A stretch of DNA of 64,000 nt from a virus. Taxonomy: Duplodnaviria; Caudoviricetes. The stretch is from positions 57,834 through 121,833 of IMG/VR virus record IMGVR_UViG_3300013004_000030; one strand, given 5' to 3'. Position 1 is the first letter of the stretch. The number at the start of each line of letters is the position of its first letter. A program made the position numbers and the translations under genes. Positions 29,298 through 38,543 of this stretch are shown here, piece after piece. The notes under the pieces were generated by a model. It worked only from the letters and a program-made list of their open reading frames with translations, had not been told where the DNA came from and made no database searches.

Positions 29298-30020
29298 TCA
29301 TGTTGTTTCAACTATCTGGGTCTTGTTTTTCCAAGACAGATATTCTTGAAGGTACTTGTGGTCATCGGTGTCCGCCTTGTCATTCAGAAGGAAAAAGTTC
29401 TCCACCTCGGCGGGAAGCGGGCCGTTCACGATCTCCTTCGCGTATCTAAGGGCCGAATACATGCGTCCCTCTCGGGCGAAAATCTTGAACTCGGCTTCCT
29501 TGGAAAACCTGCCATGGTCCACGGCGTAGTAGAGGGCCAGATTCTCGTCGGAACCTTTCACAAAGAATGACTCGGGCAGCCTTTTCTTGGTCAAGTATGA
29601 GCTGAGGAACTTTTCCATGTCCTTGTCTGCCTTTGTCCTTCTCCTCTTTCTTGAAATATAGTCCTTCCTCTCGATCGTGATGTCTTCCCCGTAACCCCAG
29701 TCCTTGCCGATCTCGTACACAAGTTCAACGAGGCTTTCAACCACCTTCTTGTCTACAACCGGGAGGGAATCTTCGGCCTTCTTCTCCTCGTCTTCCTCGT
29801 AGTCTTCCTCGTAGTCTCCCTCGTAGTTCACGACATGGCCGTTCACCGAGGAAAGTTCAACCTGGTCGCTGTAGTTGTTGTCGTCGTACTCGCTCGACTT
29901 TCGGAACGTGAACTCGACAAGTTCCGGACAGCCATCAAAGGCACTTGCAATAAGATCGTCTGTTGGGAAAAATCGGGTAAGGTTGTTCTTGACATAGATC
30001 AGCCGGTCAAACTTGAGCAT
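29298..30020 (-). CDS. Hypothetical protein with family-B repeats at the C-terminus
   Basis: ALRYAKEIVNGPLPAEVE. Confidence 0.7.
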   Translation of the reverse strand: MLKFDRLIYVKNNLTRFFPTDDLIASAFDGCPELVEFTFRKSSEYDDNNYSDQVELSSVNGHVVNYEGDYEEDYEEDEEKKAEDSLPVVDKKVVESLVELVYEIGKDWGYGEDITIERKDYISRKRRRTKADKDMEKFLSSYLTKKRLPESFFVKGSDENLALYYAVDHGRFSKEAEFKIFAREGRMYSALRYAKEIVNGPLPAEVENFFLLNDKADTDDHKYLQEYLSWKNKTQIVETT

Positions 30021-30522
30021 GATTCCTCCCCATTTTGGGTCTGATGTAGTTAGAAGCCATCATCCTGACGAAAATGCGTTTGCCGTTCGTCCTGCACACA
30101 ACTCCACGGTGGGGAGTCCTGCTGTCGTAGCAGACGATTGTCTGGTCGGGCACTTCCAAACCATCCAGTCCCATATTTTCAAGAAATACGTTCTGGCTCT
30201 CCCTGTCCTCGGGAACTTGATCCAGTTCCGGCATCATCCTCGGGAACTCGGTCCGGTTCGGCCCCTTTGCCCAGAGCACATATTTGTTGTCCTTGAGGAA
30301 GTCCCCGTCGAAGTGCCAGCGAACATCCCTGCAAGTCTGGATTCCTGGGTGGCAGTCCTGAACGATGAAGTCCACGAGGTAGAACTTGTATCCATCCGGA
30401 AGCATGTCCCTCATCGCATCCAGAAGTGCATTGAAGTCCGGAAACTGTTTCCGAAAGGACTTCAGATCGCAGTCCTTGACGATGATCCGCTCGTGATCGG
30501 CAGAAGTTGGAAAGTGTTTCAT
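30007..30522 (-). CDS. Putative 2OG-Fe(II) dioxygenase-like protein
   Basis: WHFDG...HRG...RIFVR (HxD..H..R). Confidence 0.55.
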   Translation of the reverse strand: MKHFPTSADHERIIVKDCDLKSFRKQFPDFNALLDAMRDMLPDGYKFYLVDFIVQDCHPGIQTCRDVRWHFDGDFLKDNKYVLWAKGPNRTEFPRMMPELDQVPEDRESQNVFLENMGLDGLEVPDQTIVCYDSRTPHRGVVCRTNGKRIFVRMMASNYIRPKMGRNHAQV

Positions 30523-30550
30523 GTTCTTTCAACTATCTGGGATCGGAGGA

Positions 30551-32014
30551 TCAAGCCGCCTCCGGCACGAAGTCCGGGTTGACGGCCAAGTCCTCGGCCA
30601 CATTGAAGAGGCTCTTCTGGCGGCTCGGATCCAGATGATCGCGGTACTTGTTGAGGAACTTGGCCTCGTCCTCGGTCAGTTCACGGTTGCTGTGTCCTCG
30701 GGCTTGGGAGACGGTCTTGCCGTCCGCACTGATCTGGACAGTCACCAGCGGCTTGTCCAGTTCGTCGGTCTTGCGGAGGAACACGATGCTGTACTGGCGA
30801 TCCACGACGCCGCTGACATAGGACGCGACGCAGTGGTTGAGGGCTGCACCCTCGTTCACGATGTCGTTGACATCCTTGGGCAGCACAACGCTGTAGGTCT
30901 TGTCGGAGAACTCAAGGATCTTGATGCTCTCGCAGATGCTGGCGAACCGCTCGGCGAAGGCTTGGCTCTGCTTGACGCGGTAGTTCCGGGCGGCGATGTC
31001 GTGGCTCATCTTCAGACCCTTGGGATAGCGGTCGTAGTTGTTGCCGCTCATCTCGCTCTGCATCCGGGCATAGTCGTCCAGCATCACGAGGCAGTCCCAG
31101 TTCTGGTGGATCATGCTGTGGCAGATGCCTTGCATCGGAAGAATGTGGAAAACATAGTCCATCACCTTCTTGGCTTTGAAGCCGCGATCAGTGATCTTCT
31201 TCAGACGGCTCCACTGGTAGGACATGCGACCAAGGGCGAACTTGTACTTCTCCCACACATACTGCCACAGTTCGCCTTCGCCTTGCTGGCAGTAGTAGTG
31301 GTAGTCGTCCAGCCAAGCACCCAACTGGGAACGGTTCTCGTCCACGCGGCCTTGCACATGATCCGTGATCACATACTCGGTGTTGGCCCGCTCACCGACA
31401 TGCTTGCAGAACCATGCGTCCATACCCCGCTCGCGGAAAGCCTTGAAGTCCAGCACCTTGTTGGATTGAAAGGCGACGCTGCAAACCGTGGCAAGCGGCA
31501 TCCGCTGGATGTACTGATTCTTGGCAAGGCTCTCAATCGCCATGCTGTTATCGCCCGTGAGCATGTCCAGCCGGTTGCTTGCGTTCACAAGACGCTTGCT
31601 GATGTTGCCGTCGCTCTCGCGGCGGTTACGCTCGGTATGGTTCTTGACCCAACGGGAAAGGAGCGTGAAGTACATCTTCACCCATCCCTCGGTGGCGATC
31701 TGGGCGATCTGCTCGTAGAAACCCTCGCGTCCGGGCTTGAACTCCTTCCAGCGGCTACCCGGATGGGCGGGCGGCGGCAGAAAAAGCGGGTCGCCCCACG
31801 AGATGTTCTTGAAGTGGCTGTCGCCCATCTCCAGTTCCGTGTTGCTGTGGAACCACTTGGCAACGGCCACATTGTAGAAGAGGCTCGTACCATTATTGAA
31901 CACGAACACGATCCGGCGGCCGTCCTCGCTCGCCGTGACGGTGGAAAGGCCAATGTACTGGGTCTTGTTCCGGGCGGCACGAGAGGCGACGGCGTTGTTG
32001 ACGACGGTTTCCAT
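30551..32014 (-). CDS. PcfJ-like domain protein
   Basis: DY..M..YP..L...HD, EG..L.HCV.SY, I.FLR...PLVT.Q..QARG..N. Confidence 0.82.
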   Translation of the reverse strand: METVVNNAVASRAARNKTQYIGLSTVTASEDGRRIVFVFNNGTSLFYNVAVAKWFHSNTELEMGDSHFKNISWGDPLFLPPPAHPGSRWKEFKPGREGFYEQIAQIATEGWVKMYFTLLSRWVKNHTERNRRESDGNISKRLVNASNRLDMLTGDNSMAIESLAKNQYIQRMPLATVCSVAFQSNKVLDFKAFRERGMDAWFCKHVGERANTEYVITDHVQGRVDENRSQLGAWLDDYHYYCQQGEGELWQYVWEKYKFALGRMSYQWSRLKKITDRGFKAKKVMDYVFHILPMQGICHSMIHQNWDCLVMLDDYARMQSEMSGNNYDRYPKGLKMSHDIAARNYRVKQSQAFAERFASICESIKILEFSDKTYSVVLPKDVNDIVNEGAALNHCVASYVSGVVDRQYSIVFLRKTDELDKPLVTVQISADGKTVSQARGHSNRELTEDEAKFLNKYRDHLDPSRQKSLFNVAEDLAVNPDFVPEAA

Positions 32015-32070
32015 GATTTGTTCCTTTAAGGTGACGGGTGATGTTGTTTCAACTATCCGGAAACAAGAAA

Positions 32071-32340
32071 TCAAAACACCACTTGAATCTCGGAATCCTC
32101 CTCCCAAGGAACCTCAGTCACAATGTAGCCCACCCGGTCAAACAGATGGTATCCGGCGACCAGCGTGTTGTGGGATGTCAGCGTCCAGACCGTCTTTCCG
32201 GGCTGGTTTCTTACGAAGTTGTGCTCCACTCCCGCGGTTCCGAACAAACATCCGTCCCAGCCGGCATCCCGGTCGTGGGGATTCTTCAAAGGCCGGAACT
32301 TTTCGTCAAAATCTTCGGGGGTCATGAAGTTGATGTCCAT
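32071..32340 (-). CDS. Hypothetical protein
   Basis: VWT..GYH..DR.GY.VTEVPW. Confidence 0.7.
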   Translation of the reverse strand: MDINFMTPEDFDEKFRPLKNPHDRDAGWDGCLFGTAGVEHNFVRNQPGKTVWTLTSHNTLVAGYHLFDRVGYIVTEVPWEEDSEIQVVF

Positions 32341-32588
32341 GATCTTGTCTCCTCAATATTTCAACTATCCGGGATCAAGGAATCAAGACCAGTCCGAGCC
32401 AACAGTTTCATTGTTCACAGAAACTTGGATTTCCCCGGACTGGGTGCGCTCTCGCACGTTCAGCACAGTGCCGTCCGTGAAGACGATGGTCAATCCCTCG
32501 TCCCAAGGATCCGAGTATGTGACCGTGGCCACTGTCTTGCCTTCAAGCTTGTCCATGATCTTGTCTCCTCAATATTTCAACTATCCGG
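32334..32588. repeat. Exact 39-bp direct repeat (32334-32372, 32550-32588) covering element, RBS and start codon
   Basis: tgtccatgatcttgtctcctcaatatttcaactatccgg twice, bracketing one small ORF (32383..32556). Confidence 0.9.
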
Positions 32589-32849
32589 CTTCAAACTTTC
32601 AGGCTCGAGGAACAAAATCTTCTCGACCATCTCGATGCTTGTCACGAAATACATGCCGGGCTCATCTTCTTGTTTAAATGCCAAAAACTTGCCAGGCATG
32701 CCGTGATCAATCATCATCATCTCGATTGTGCCGGCCTCCCGGACATCGTACTTCTCCATGAACTCGGCCAGCTGCTCGCCCTTCAAGGTCTCAAGGTTGA
32801 CCCTCAAAAACTCCTTGACCTTCAACTTGTTCGCCATGTCGATCTTCAT
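32577..32849 (-). CDS. Divergent family A-like protein
   Basis: C-terminal EMVEKILFL. Confidence 0.6.
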   Translation of the reverse strand: MKIDMANKLKVKEFLRVNLETLKGEQLAEFMEKYDVREAGTIEMMMIDHGMPGKFLAFKQEDEPGMYFVTSIEMVEKILFLEPESLKPDS

Positions 32850-33060
32850 TTGTGATCCTCGACAAGAAAAGAGGGCATCTCGGAAACTGGTCTGCCCTCA
32901 GGAATCTTGCCAATGGCAGCCTCCCTGGATTCGTACCCGCTGGTGTGGCACCACTCCCCATCCTCCTGGCGCTCGAGACGAACCCAGGACTTCAGCTCTT
33001 TTGAATAATATGCGTCCATTTTTCTCCTCCTGGTTCATAACCATCCGAAGGAGAAAAATC

Positions 33061-33256
33061 AAAAAAAGCACGGCCCGAAGACCGTGCTTATGCCGTTTGC
33101 CAGTTCTTCCCCCTCACCCAAGACGGCTACTTGGTTTTCGTCGTGGGAAGCTTCGTTTTTCTTTTCTTTGCCTGCTCGAGAACGATACTCGAGCAGCTCC
33201 GTTTGACTCACCTTCCCCCTCACACAAGACGGCTACTTGGTTTATTCAAAGGGAAG
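33061..33256 (-). ncRNA. Candidate ~195-nt sRNA with two copies of a structured motif
   Basis: TAGACA-N17-TAATAT promoter (33292-33264), motif copies at 33212-33256 and 33106-33150, terminator at 33061-33089. Confidence 0.65.
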
Positions 33257-33289
33257 CGAGAGCATATTATTAGAATTAATTAGATTTGT

Positions 33290-33709
33290 CTAGATCATTT
33301 TCCCGTTCTCGAGAACAAGCTCGGCGTAGCTCCTGGGGACAAGGATGTGCACGGACGCGTCGCCCTCGCTTACATAGATATCTTTCCCGTTCGGGCAAGA
33401 AATCAAAATCTGATCTTGTTTTTGTTGCTTTTTTGCAGACTCGAGACCAACAATTTGTTGGCAGCCCTTTTCTTTCAATAAATCCTCCCAGACAAACTCG
33501 TAACTGACGCATTTCTCCGAGAACAAGCTTCCCATCCATTCCTCGAAGATGTCGAGGTACTTGTCCTCGAATATCTTGTGCAGGAGTTCAGGCTTGCACC
33601 TATCGCACGCCTTAACGTCAGTCCCGCGCTCATCCTTATACCAGCTCGAGACCAAGCCGCTGCCGCAGCCGCACTGCCGTGTCAGCTTGTAAAATTCGCC
33701 GATGTTCAC
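33290..33709 (-). CDS. Family A member with N-terminal Zn-binding motif
   Basis: CGCGSG..CDRC; C-terminal LVPRSYAELVL. Confidence 0.65.
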   Translation of the reverse strand: MNIGEFYKLTRQCGCGSGLVSSWYKDERGTDVKACDRCKPELLHKIFEDKYLDIFEEWMGSLFSEKCVSYEFVWEDLLKEKGCQQIVGLESAKKQQKQDQILISCPNGKDIYVSEGDASVHILVPRSYAELVLENGKMI

Positions 33710-33855
33710 GATATTTCGCCGTCCTTAAGCTCGGGACCCTCATACTTGTAGTCGATTGTGTCGAATGGACACAACTCCAGGTTGCCCCCGGCCTCGATAA
33801 AAATCTTCACGAGACGGTCATAGTGCTCGCCTTTTGCCAAAGATTCCTTCATAAA

Positions 33856-33928
33856 TGACCCCATGGGGATTTGAACCCCAGTATCCACCGTGAAAGGGTG
33901 GTGTCCTAGGCCACTAGACGATGGGGCC
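33856..33928 (-). tRNA. tRNA-Glu(TTC)
   Basis: GGCCCCA/TGGGGTC acceptor; CCACC-CT TTC AC-GGTGG; no encoded CCA. Confidence 0.92.
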
Positions 33929-34243
33929 TCAAGCGTGGCTTCAGTCTTACACAAACCACAAGTCTACGGGAGCCGATAAAGAGGATACCCGCGACCCCAT
34001 CAAATCGGCAATAGCATTTTAGCAGTAATTATTCAATTATTCAAGCGTCTTCAGCTGCCGACTTCAACTTCTTGTTCTCGGCCATCAGTACCGCCACGGA
34101 ACTCTCGAGCTTGTTGATGCCCCTGATGATCCTGTGAATCTGCTCGCTCTTCTCCTGCTCGTACGTGTTGGCAGCCAACCTCTTCAGCTCGCTCAAATCA
34201 TCCTGGGAAATATACATTAGAACTCCTTGGTTGAATTAGGAGA

Positions 34244-34882
34244 GTGGGATATTTGAATTATTCAAGCATAGATAAGCTTGGAGGTTCAAATCAATTGGAT
34301 AAAGGGCTAGGCAAAAAAATACTTGAACTGTATGAGAAGGGTTTTTCCTACAGAGAGATTAAGATGAAGTTGGGTTGTTCAAAAGGAACGGTCAGCTATC
34401 ACTGCGGGTCGGGACAGAAACAAAAGTCCAAAACAAGACAGCGCAAGGGTAGGGAAGACAATGTGTTGAGAACAAAGATTGAGAGGTTTACTGGTTCTTT
34501 GAACAAAAGCCGCCAACAAGAAAACAAAAAAGACGGCCGACTGATAAAAAAGATACTTCAAATTAAGATCACGCAATTCTCCTTAACTGGCAAGAGAAAA
34601 GACAAGAATGTGAGGTGCAAACTAATGTTTAAAACCAAAGACTTATTGACCAAAATAGGATCCAATCCTGTTTGTTATCTGACAGGTAGACCCATAAATT
34701 TGGAAGATGGCAAATCCTATCATCTAGATCACATATTGCCTAAAAGTAAGGGAGGAGACAATTCGTTAGATAACTGCGGTCTTGCATGCAAGGCCGCAAA
34801 CCAAGCAAAGACTGATTTGACGCTTGAAGAGTTTGTTCAACTATGCAAAGAGGTTGTAGAAAAAAACCAACCCGCCCAGTGA
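34244..34882 (+). CDS. HNH homing endonuclease with N-terminal HTH
   Basis: GFSYREI..KLGCSKGTVSYH; CYLTG..HLDHILP.SKGG.N..DN...C..AN..K. Confidence 0.85.
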   Translation: MGYLNYSSIDKLGGSNQLDKGLGKKILELYEKGFSYREIKMKLGCSKGTVSYHCGSGQKQKSKTRQRKGREDNVLRTKIERFTGSLNKSRQQENKKDGRLIKKILQIKITQFSLTGKRKDKNVRCKLMFKTKDLLTKIGSNPVCYLTGRPINLEDGKSYHLDHILPKSKGGDNSLDNCGLACKAANQAKTDLTLEEFVQLCKEVVEKNQPAQ

Positions 34883-34903
34883 CCCGGGCGGGTTGGTAAA
34901 AAG

Positions 34904-35185
34904 TCCGAGAGGTGGGACTCGAACCCACAACCCCCAAATTATGCAATCCACTTCGGCTTTCGCCGCCAGATTTCTCTGTTCGTGGTCTGGACTATGCCTT
35001 CACCGTTGTTGTTGCCAACTTTAGGTGGGTGATTATAGTCTCTACACGTTCCCTTTCGGGCTTCGCTCGGCGTTGGGTCGTCCTTTCGGACAGGCCGTTC
35101 ACCGAATTTACACCTGACTAACCATTCGTTTCCAAATGGCCGACCCTTTAAAGTTTGACGCTCTGACCAATTGAGCTACTCTCGG
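34904..35185 (-). tRNA. tRNA(CAT), probably Ile2 or elongator Met, split by a group I intron
   Basis: Exons 35185-35152 and 34943-34904 splice to TCAAA-CT CAT AA-TTTGG; C1-G72 is paired, so not initiator. Confidence 0.88.
34944..35151 (-). mobile_element. Group I (IC3, Azoarcus-like) intron, 208 nt, after U33
   Basis: AAATTCGG..AACGCCGAGC, GTGTAGAGACTA, CACCCACCTAA, GGTGAAGGCATAGTCC core; terminal G; U.G pair in P1. Confidence 0.9.
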
Positions 35186-35202
35186 ATATTAAACCAATTA
35201 TC

Positions 35203-35379
35203 TCATCTCCACCTGTTCGCAAGCGCGAAGAATGTTGGAGCCCACAAGCCCACGAAGATTCCGAATCGTTCGCCGTGCGCCGCGTCAGTCCCCTTGCTGA
35301 GGAACCAGATGGCGATGCTGGCTGCGATGCTGATGAATCCGGCGTAGAAGCAGATGGTTCCGATTGTCTTTTCGTTCAT
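35203..35379 (-). CDS. Small two-TM membrane protein
   Basis: 58 aa, below the ORF-track cut-off; GIFVGLWAPTF motif. Confidence 0.65.
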   Translation of the reverse strand: MNEKTIGTICFYAGFISIAASIAIWFLSKGTDAAHGERFGIFVGLWAPTFFALANRWR

Positions 35380-35444
35380 TTTATTTCTTTCTAGGGGTTT
35401 GGTTGTCTTGGAGGAGTATATCTAATCCGTCCAGTAGAGTCAAA

Positions 35445-35822
35445 TCAAGAAACCATTTCTTTTCCTGCAAGGTATGCGTCGTTAATGATTTGATCTAATT
35501 CACAGAAGAGGGAATCTCCCATGTTGAACTCCCACTTCTCCCCCTTATATCCTGCCAGGAAGACGCGCTCTGCGATCTCGTAGGTCATCTCGTGGGCGTC
35601 GCCATTATGCATCATCTGGTTGACGCACCATGAGTCGGTCCCCTCGTCCTCGTCTTCCTCGCCGTTGGGTTCGGTGGAATCAAGCCAGGCCTTCTCGATC
35701 TTATTGAACTTTTTGACGGCCTTCTTCTCCCACCATTCGCTGAAGAGCTGTTCGGGAGTTGCCTTTTTCTTGGGCGCCTTCTTTTTGAGCGCCACTTTCT
35801 TTGCTGCTTTTTTCTTAGCCAT
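35445..35822 (-). CDS. Hypothetical protein
   Basis: GAGGTG RBS; Lys/Ala-rich N-terminus. Confidence 0.7.
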   Translation of the reverse strand: MAKKKAAKKVALKKKAPKKKATPEQLFSEWWEKKAVKKFNKIEKAWLDSTEPNGEEDEDEGTDSWCVNQMMHNGDAHEMTYEIAERVFLAGYKGEKWEFNMGDSLFCELDQIINDAYLAGKEMVS

Positions 35823-35837
35823 GATTCACCTCTTGAA

Positions 35838-36173
35838 CTAGACCCTCACAGACCCGCAGGTCGAACCGCATGTGCTTTGGAAAAAGTTCTCTGTCCTAGG
35901 GCTTTTAGAGGTCCGGTAGTATTTCTTGCAGCGCTCGACGAATCCGGGAAGGTTTCGAGCGATTTCCCTGGGAAGGTCGCATGGGATTAGATTCCACACG
36001 TCGGCCCTGGCGAAGGCGATCTTTAGGGCGGTCGCCTTCTTGAAACGGTCTTTTGTATTGCACATCGAGTAACCGACCTTGAAGCCGTCCTCGTGTTTGA
36101 TGGCGACGAGAACACCGAGGGGCTTTTTCTTCTTGTTCCTGATGTACTGGACTACGAACTTTTCTCTGTTCAT
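35838..36173 (-). CDS. Hypothetical phage protein (GYS.C..KD.F.K..AL.IA..RA)
   Basis: Motif resembles 54768..55031. Confidence 0.65.
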   Translation of the reverse strand: MNREKFVVQYIRNKKKKPLGVLVAIKHEDGFKVGYSMCNTKDRFKKATALKIAFARADVWNLIPCDLPREIARNLPGFVERCKKYYRTSKSPRTENFFQSTCGSTCGSVRV

Positions 36174-36811
36174 TTTACTTCCTTTTCTATTTGGCTTGCG
36201 ATCCGCCGCTTTGCATATTTTTCTAGTGAAAGCTTTTGTTTTTTCATCATCGGGATTATATCGCACCGGAGCCAGTTGCGTCTAGATCCCTTTACGACGG
36301 AATTCGTCTCGTCCTCGACGATCCACTTGGACCAACCGTTCCTTTGGACGAACTGCCTGAAATCGTCCTTTTTTGTCAAGAGGAATGGATGGATCACGGT
36401 GAAGTTGGGGAACTTGCTCTCGAGTTCAAACGGCCTTTTTGAGGGATGTCCTCTGAAGCAGTTTAGAAGGTAGCTCTCCACCCAGTCGTTGAGGTGGTGG
36501 GCGGTGATGATTGTTCCGTCCTTCGCCGACCTCGAGTAGAAATCCAACCTTGCTTGTCGGCAGTCGTTTTCCGTCTGCAGGTTTACCCCTATTTCCGTCC
36601 TGCCCTCGATATTCAGGAAATTGCACAGTTCGAGGAACTTGTCCTGCATGGTGCCGTTCTGGGCCCGGAGGTTGTGGTTGAAGTGGAGCGGGGTGAAGCT
36701 ATATCCCTTCCACTTCAGCCAGAACAGTGCGGCTATGCTGTCCAGGCCCATGCTGACGGCGAGGTGGTAGTGCTTCTCCTTGGGCAGGATTTGTTTGATG
36801 ATTTTGATCAT
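36170..36811 (-). CDS. tilS: tRNA(Ile)-lysidine synthetase-like, catalytic PP-loop domain only
   Basis: LAVSMGLDS, HFNHNLR, TAHHLND.VE..L.N, HPFL, DETN...RRN.LR..IIP. Confidence 0.8.
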   Translation of the reverse strand: MIKIIKQILPKEKHYHLAVSMGLDSIAALFWLKWKGYSFTPLHFNHNLRAQNGTMQDKFLELCNFLNIEGRTEIGVNLQTENDCRQARLDFYSRSAKDGTIITAHHLNDWVESYLLNCFRGHPSKRPFELESKFPNFTVIHPFLLTKKDDFRQFVQRNGWSKWIVEDETNSVVKGSRRNWLRCDIIPMMKKQKLSLEKYAKRRIASQIEKEVK

Positions 36812-36842
36812 GTCGTCAATCTAACCGTCCGTGCATGGATTT

Positions 36843-37166
36843 TCAACTATAGCAACTCATCATGGCTCGCATCTTGATTTCAACCGAATGGTGAAAGGCA
36901 AGGCTCCAGCTTTCTTGTCCTTCCGGCGCGACCAGTTCCGCCCTGTCTCCGTCAAAGATCACCTCGGAATCCAAATTGAAGCTCAAGTCTGCCGGCGAGT
37001 TTTTCTTCTTGATGAGGTCCAGGTGCTTTTCGTTGGCGAACCACCTCTTGTACCTGTCGTACAAAACGCCTTCCTTATAGGCGACGATCTCGGAGCAGTA
37101 GCCCATTTTCTTGATGACCTTGAGAACCTTGCCGAGCGTAACTTGAGACATGTTTTTGTCTTTCAT
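36843..37166 (-). CDS. Hypothetical protein
   Basis: Overlaps the upstream stop (ATGA/ATAA-type coupling). Confidence 0.6.
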   Translation of the reverse strand: MKDKNMSQVTLGKVLKVIKKMGYCSEIVAYKEGVLYDRYKRWFANEKHLDLIKKKNSPADLSFNLDSEVIFDGDRAELVAPEGQESWSLAFHHSVEIKMRAMMSCYS

Positions 37167-37570
37167 TTATATGATCTCGGGTTGCTTGCGAGCATGTATT
37201 GCGGGTTCTCGCAGTATTCGTAGATGCCTTGGATGTTTACCCTTGCCCAGAACCTTCCGTTGGAGTCGCTGTAGTACCTCCAAGTTCCGTCATTTCCGCG
37301 GTACTGCCAAGATATTTGCATCTGGGCGATCTCGTCGGCACGCTTCTGGGCTTGCTCTTGCTGTTTCTGCAAGGCGACTTGTTCTCGGTTTTCTTGAATC
37401 TTCTGAACTATAGGCTGAGATTCCTTTGTAATCTGGGCAAGACCGAGCAGAATGGAAACAACAGCAGCGGCGATCTGGAAGTAAATCACGATTCCCCTCC
37501 TTGCGAACCTTTTTGGCAAATCCATTTTTGCCTCCCCCTGTTCATCGGCCATTCCATTGGCCTCACTCAC
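37163..37570 (-). CDS. Membrane-anchored hypothetical protein
   Basis: TM segment, Gln-rich coil, W.Y...DG.W.YY domain. Confidence 0.65.
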   Translation of the reverse strand: MSEANGMADEQGEAKMDLPKRFARRGIVIYFQIAAAVVSILLGLAQITKESQPIVQKIQENREQVALQKQQEQAQKRADEIAQMQISWQYRGNDGTWRYYSDSNGRFWARVNIQGIYEYCENPQYMLASNPRSYK

Positions 37571-37864
37571 ATTACTTCAACTATCCGGGGATCACTTTTC
37601 AAGCCACGCGCCGTAGAGGTTTTTCATGATGTCATCGACCTGCCCCGAGATGAGTTTAATGGGGGCGCAGTCGCACATCTTCGCCAGTTCTTCTTGGCAG
37701 TCTCCCAAGAGATTACTTATCTCCTCGTAGGCGGCCCGGTTCTCTTCGCGAAGGTGCATGCTAGCCGACTGCTTGGCTATGGCCAGTTTTTGTGCGACCC
37801 TGGAGCAAGCCTCTACTTCTTCTCTGTTCATAATGTCCTCCTTGTTTAACAAGAGCTCCTCCTT

Positions 37865-38242
37865 TCAATAAGTGCACTTGGGGCAGTACATAAGTTCGCC
37901 GGTTTTATGGTATCCGTCGATGTAGCCCTTCATCATTTCTTCCTCATCCTCTTTTGAAATCTCGTCCGGCTCGGATCTTGTGTATTTAGCCACCTTAGGC
38001 AAAGGAGGCACATCTTTTCCCATCTGGGCAAGAAAATTTCTCTGGCCCTTCAAGTATCCGTATCTGTACGGACTAATTTCTTCCTCCATAAGAGGAGATT
38101 CAGTCTGGACTTGCAGATGCTCGACAGATTCAGTCTGGACTTGCAGATGCTCGACTTTCTCCTTCTTGCGGGATGAAAATACCACAAGAAAAATGAAAGA
38201 AACTAAAGATAGAGCTACCAATAAAGCAAACTTTGACTTCAT
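37865..38242 (-). CDS. Membrane-anchored protein with a 30-bp internal duplication
   Basis: VEHLQVQTES twice. Confidence 0.65.
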   Translation of the reverse strand: MKSKFALLVALSLVSFIFLVVFSSRKKEKVEHLQVQTESVEHLQVQTESPLMEEEISPYRYGYLKGQRNFLAQMGKDVPPLPKVAKYTRSEPDEISKEDEEEMMKGYIDGYHKTGELMYCPKCTY

Positions 38243-38543
38243 GACGCGCGTTCCTTCCGTGGTGGACAAATTTCAACGACGATTATAGTCGAAGACCGCT
38301 ATGGCCAGCTGTCTCCGCCCGGATTTTCAAGCTAGGCCGTGGCCCAATCGGCGATTTCTTTGACTTTTGCACGGCAGACCCAGACCAAGTGGTTCTCGCT
38401 CGCGTCGCCCATGATCGTTTCATAATGATCCCTGAGCTGACGCGACATTAGGACTCGATGTCTTGCCTCGGCGTACAGCAACGCAAGGCTGTAAGGCACC
38501 TGGGCTCCTCCGACCGACCACGATTCCCCTTGCCCGGACTGGT

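Noticed and set aside
30521-32029. Long + strand ORFs antisense to real genes (also 186..947, 41786..42757, 55316..56167, 56791..57903, 60592..61455)
   Set aside because: Shadow frames of minus-strand genes that have recognisable motifs, RBSs and upstream elements.
33106-33256. Two-repeat mini-CRISPR
   Set aside because: The interval is about 60-75 nt and itself structured, each repeat is closed by its own outer stem, and a third copy is solitary.
33706-33954. Full-length 82-aa ORF, and ORFs 34740..34946, 34912..35121, 52562..53167
   Set aside because: They overlap tRNA or intron sequences; only the part of 33706..33954 downstream of tRNA-Glu is plausibly coding.
34904-35185. Initiator tRNA-fMet
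   Set aside because: C1-G72 is paired and the anticodon stem lacks the three consecutive G-C pairs.
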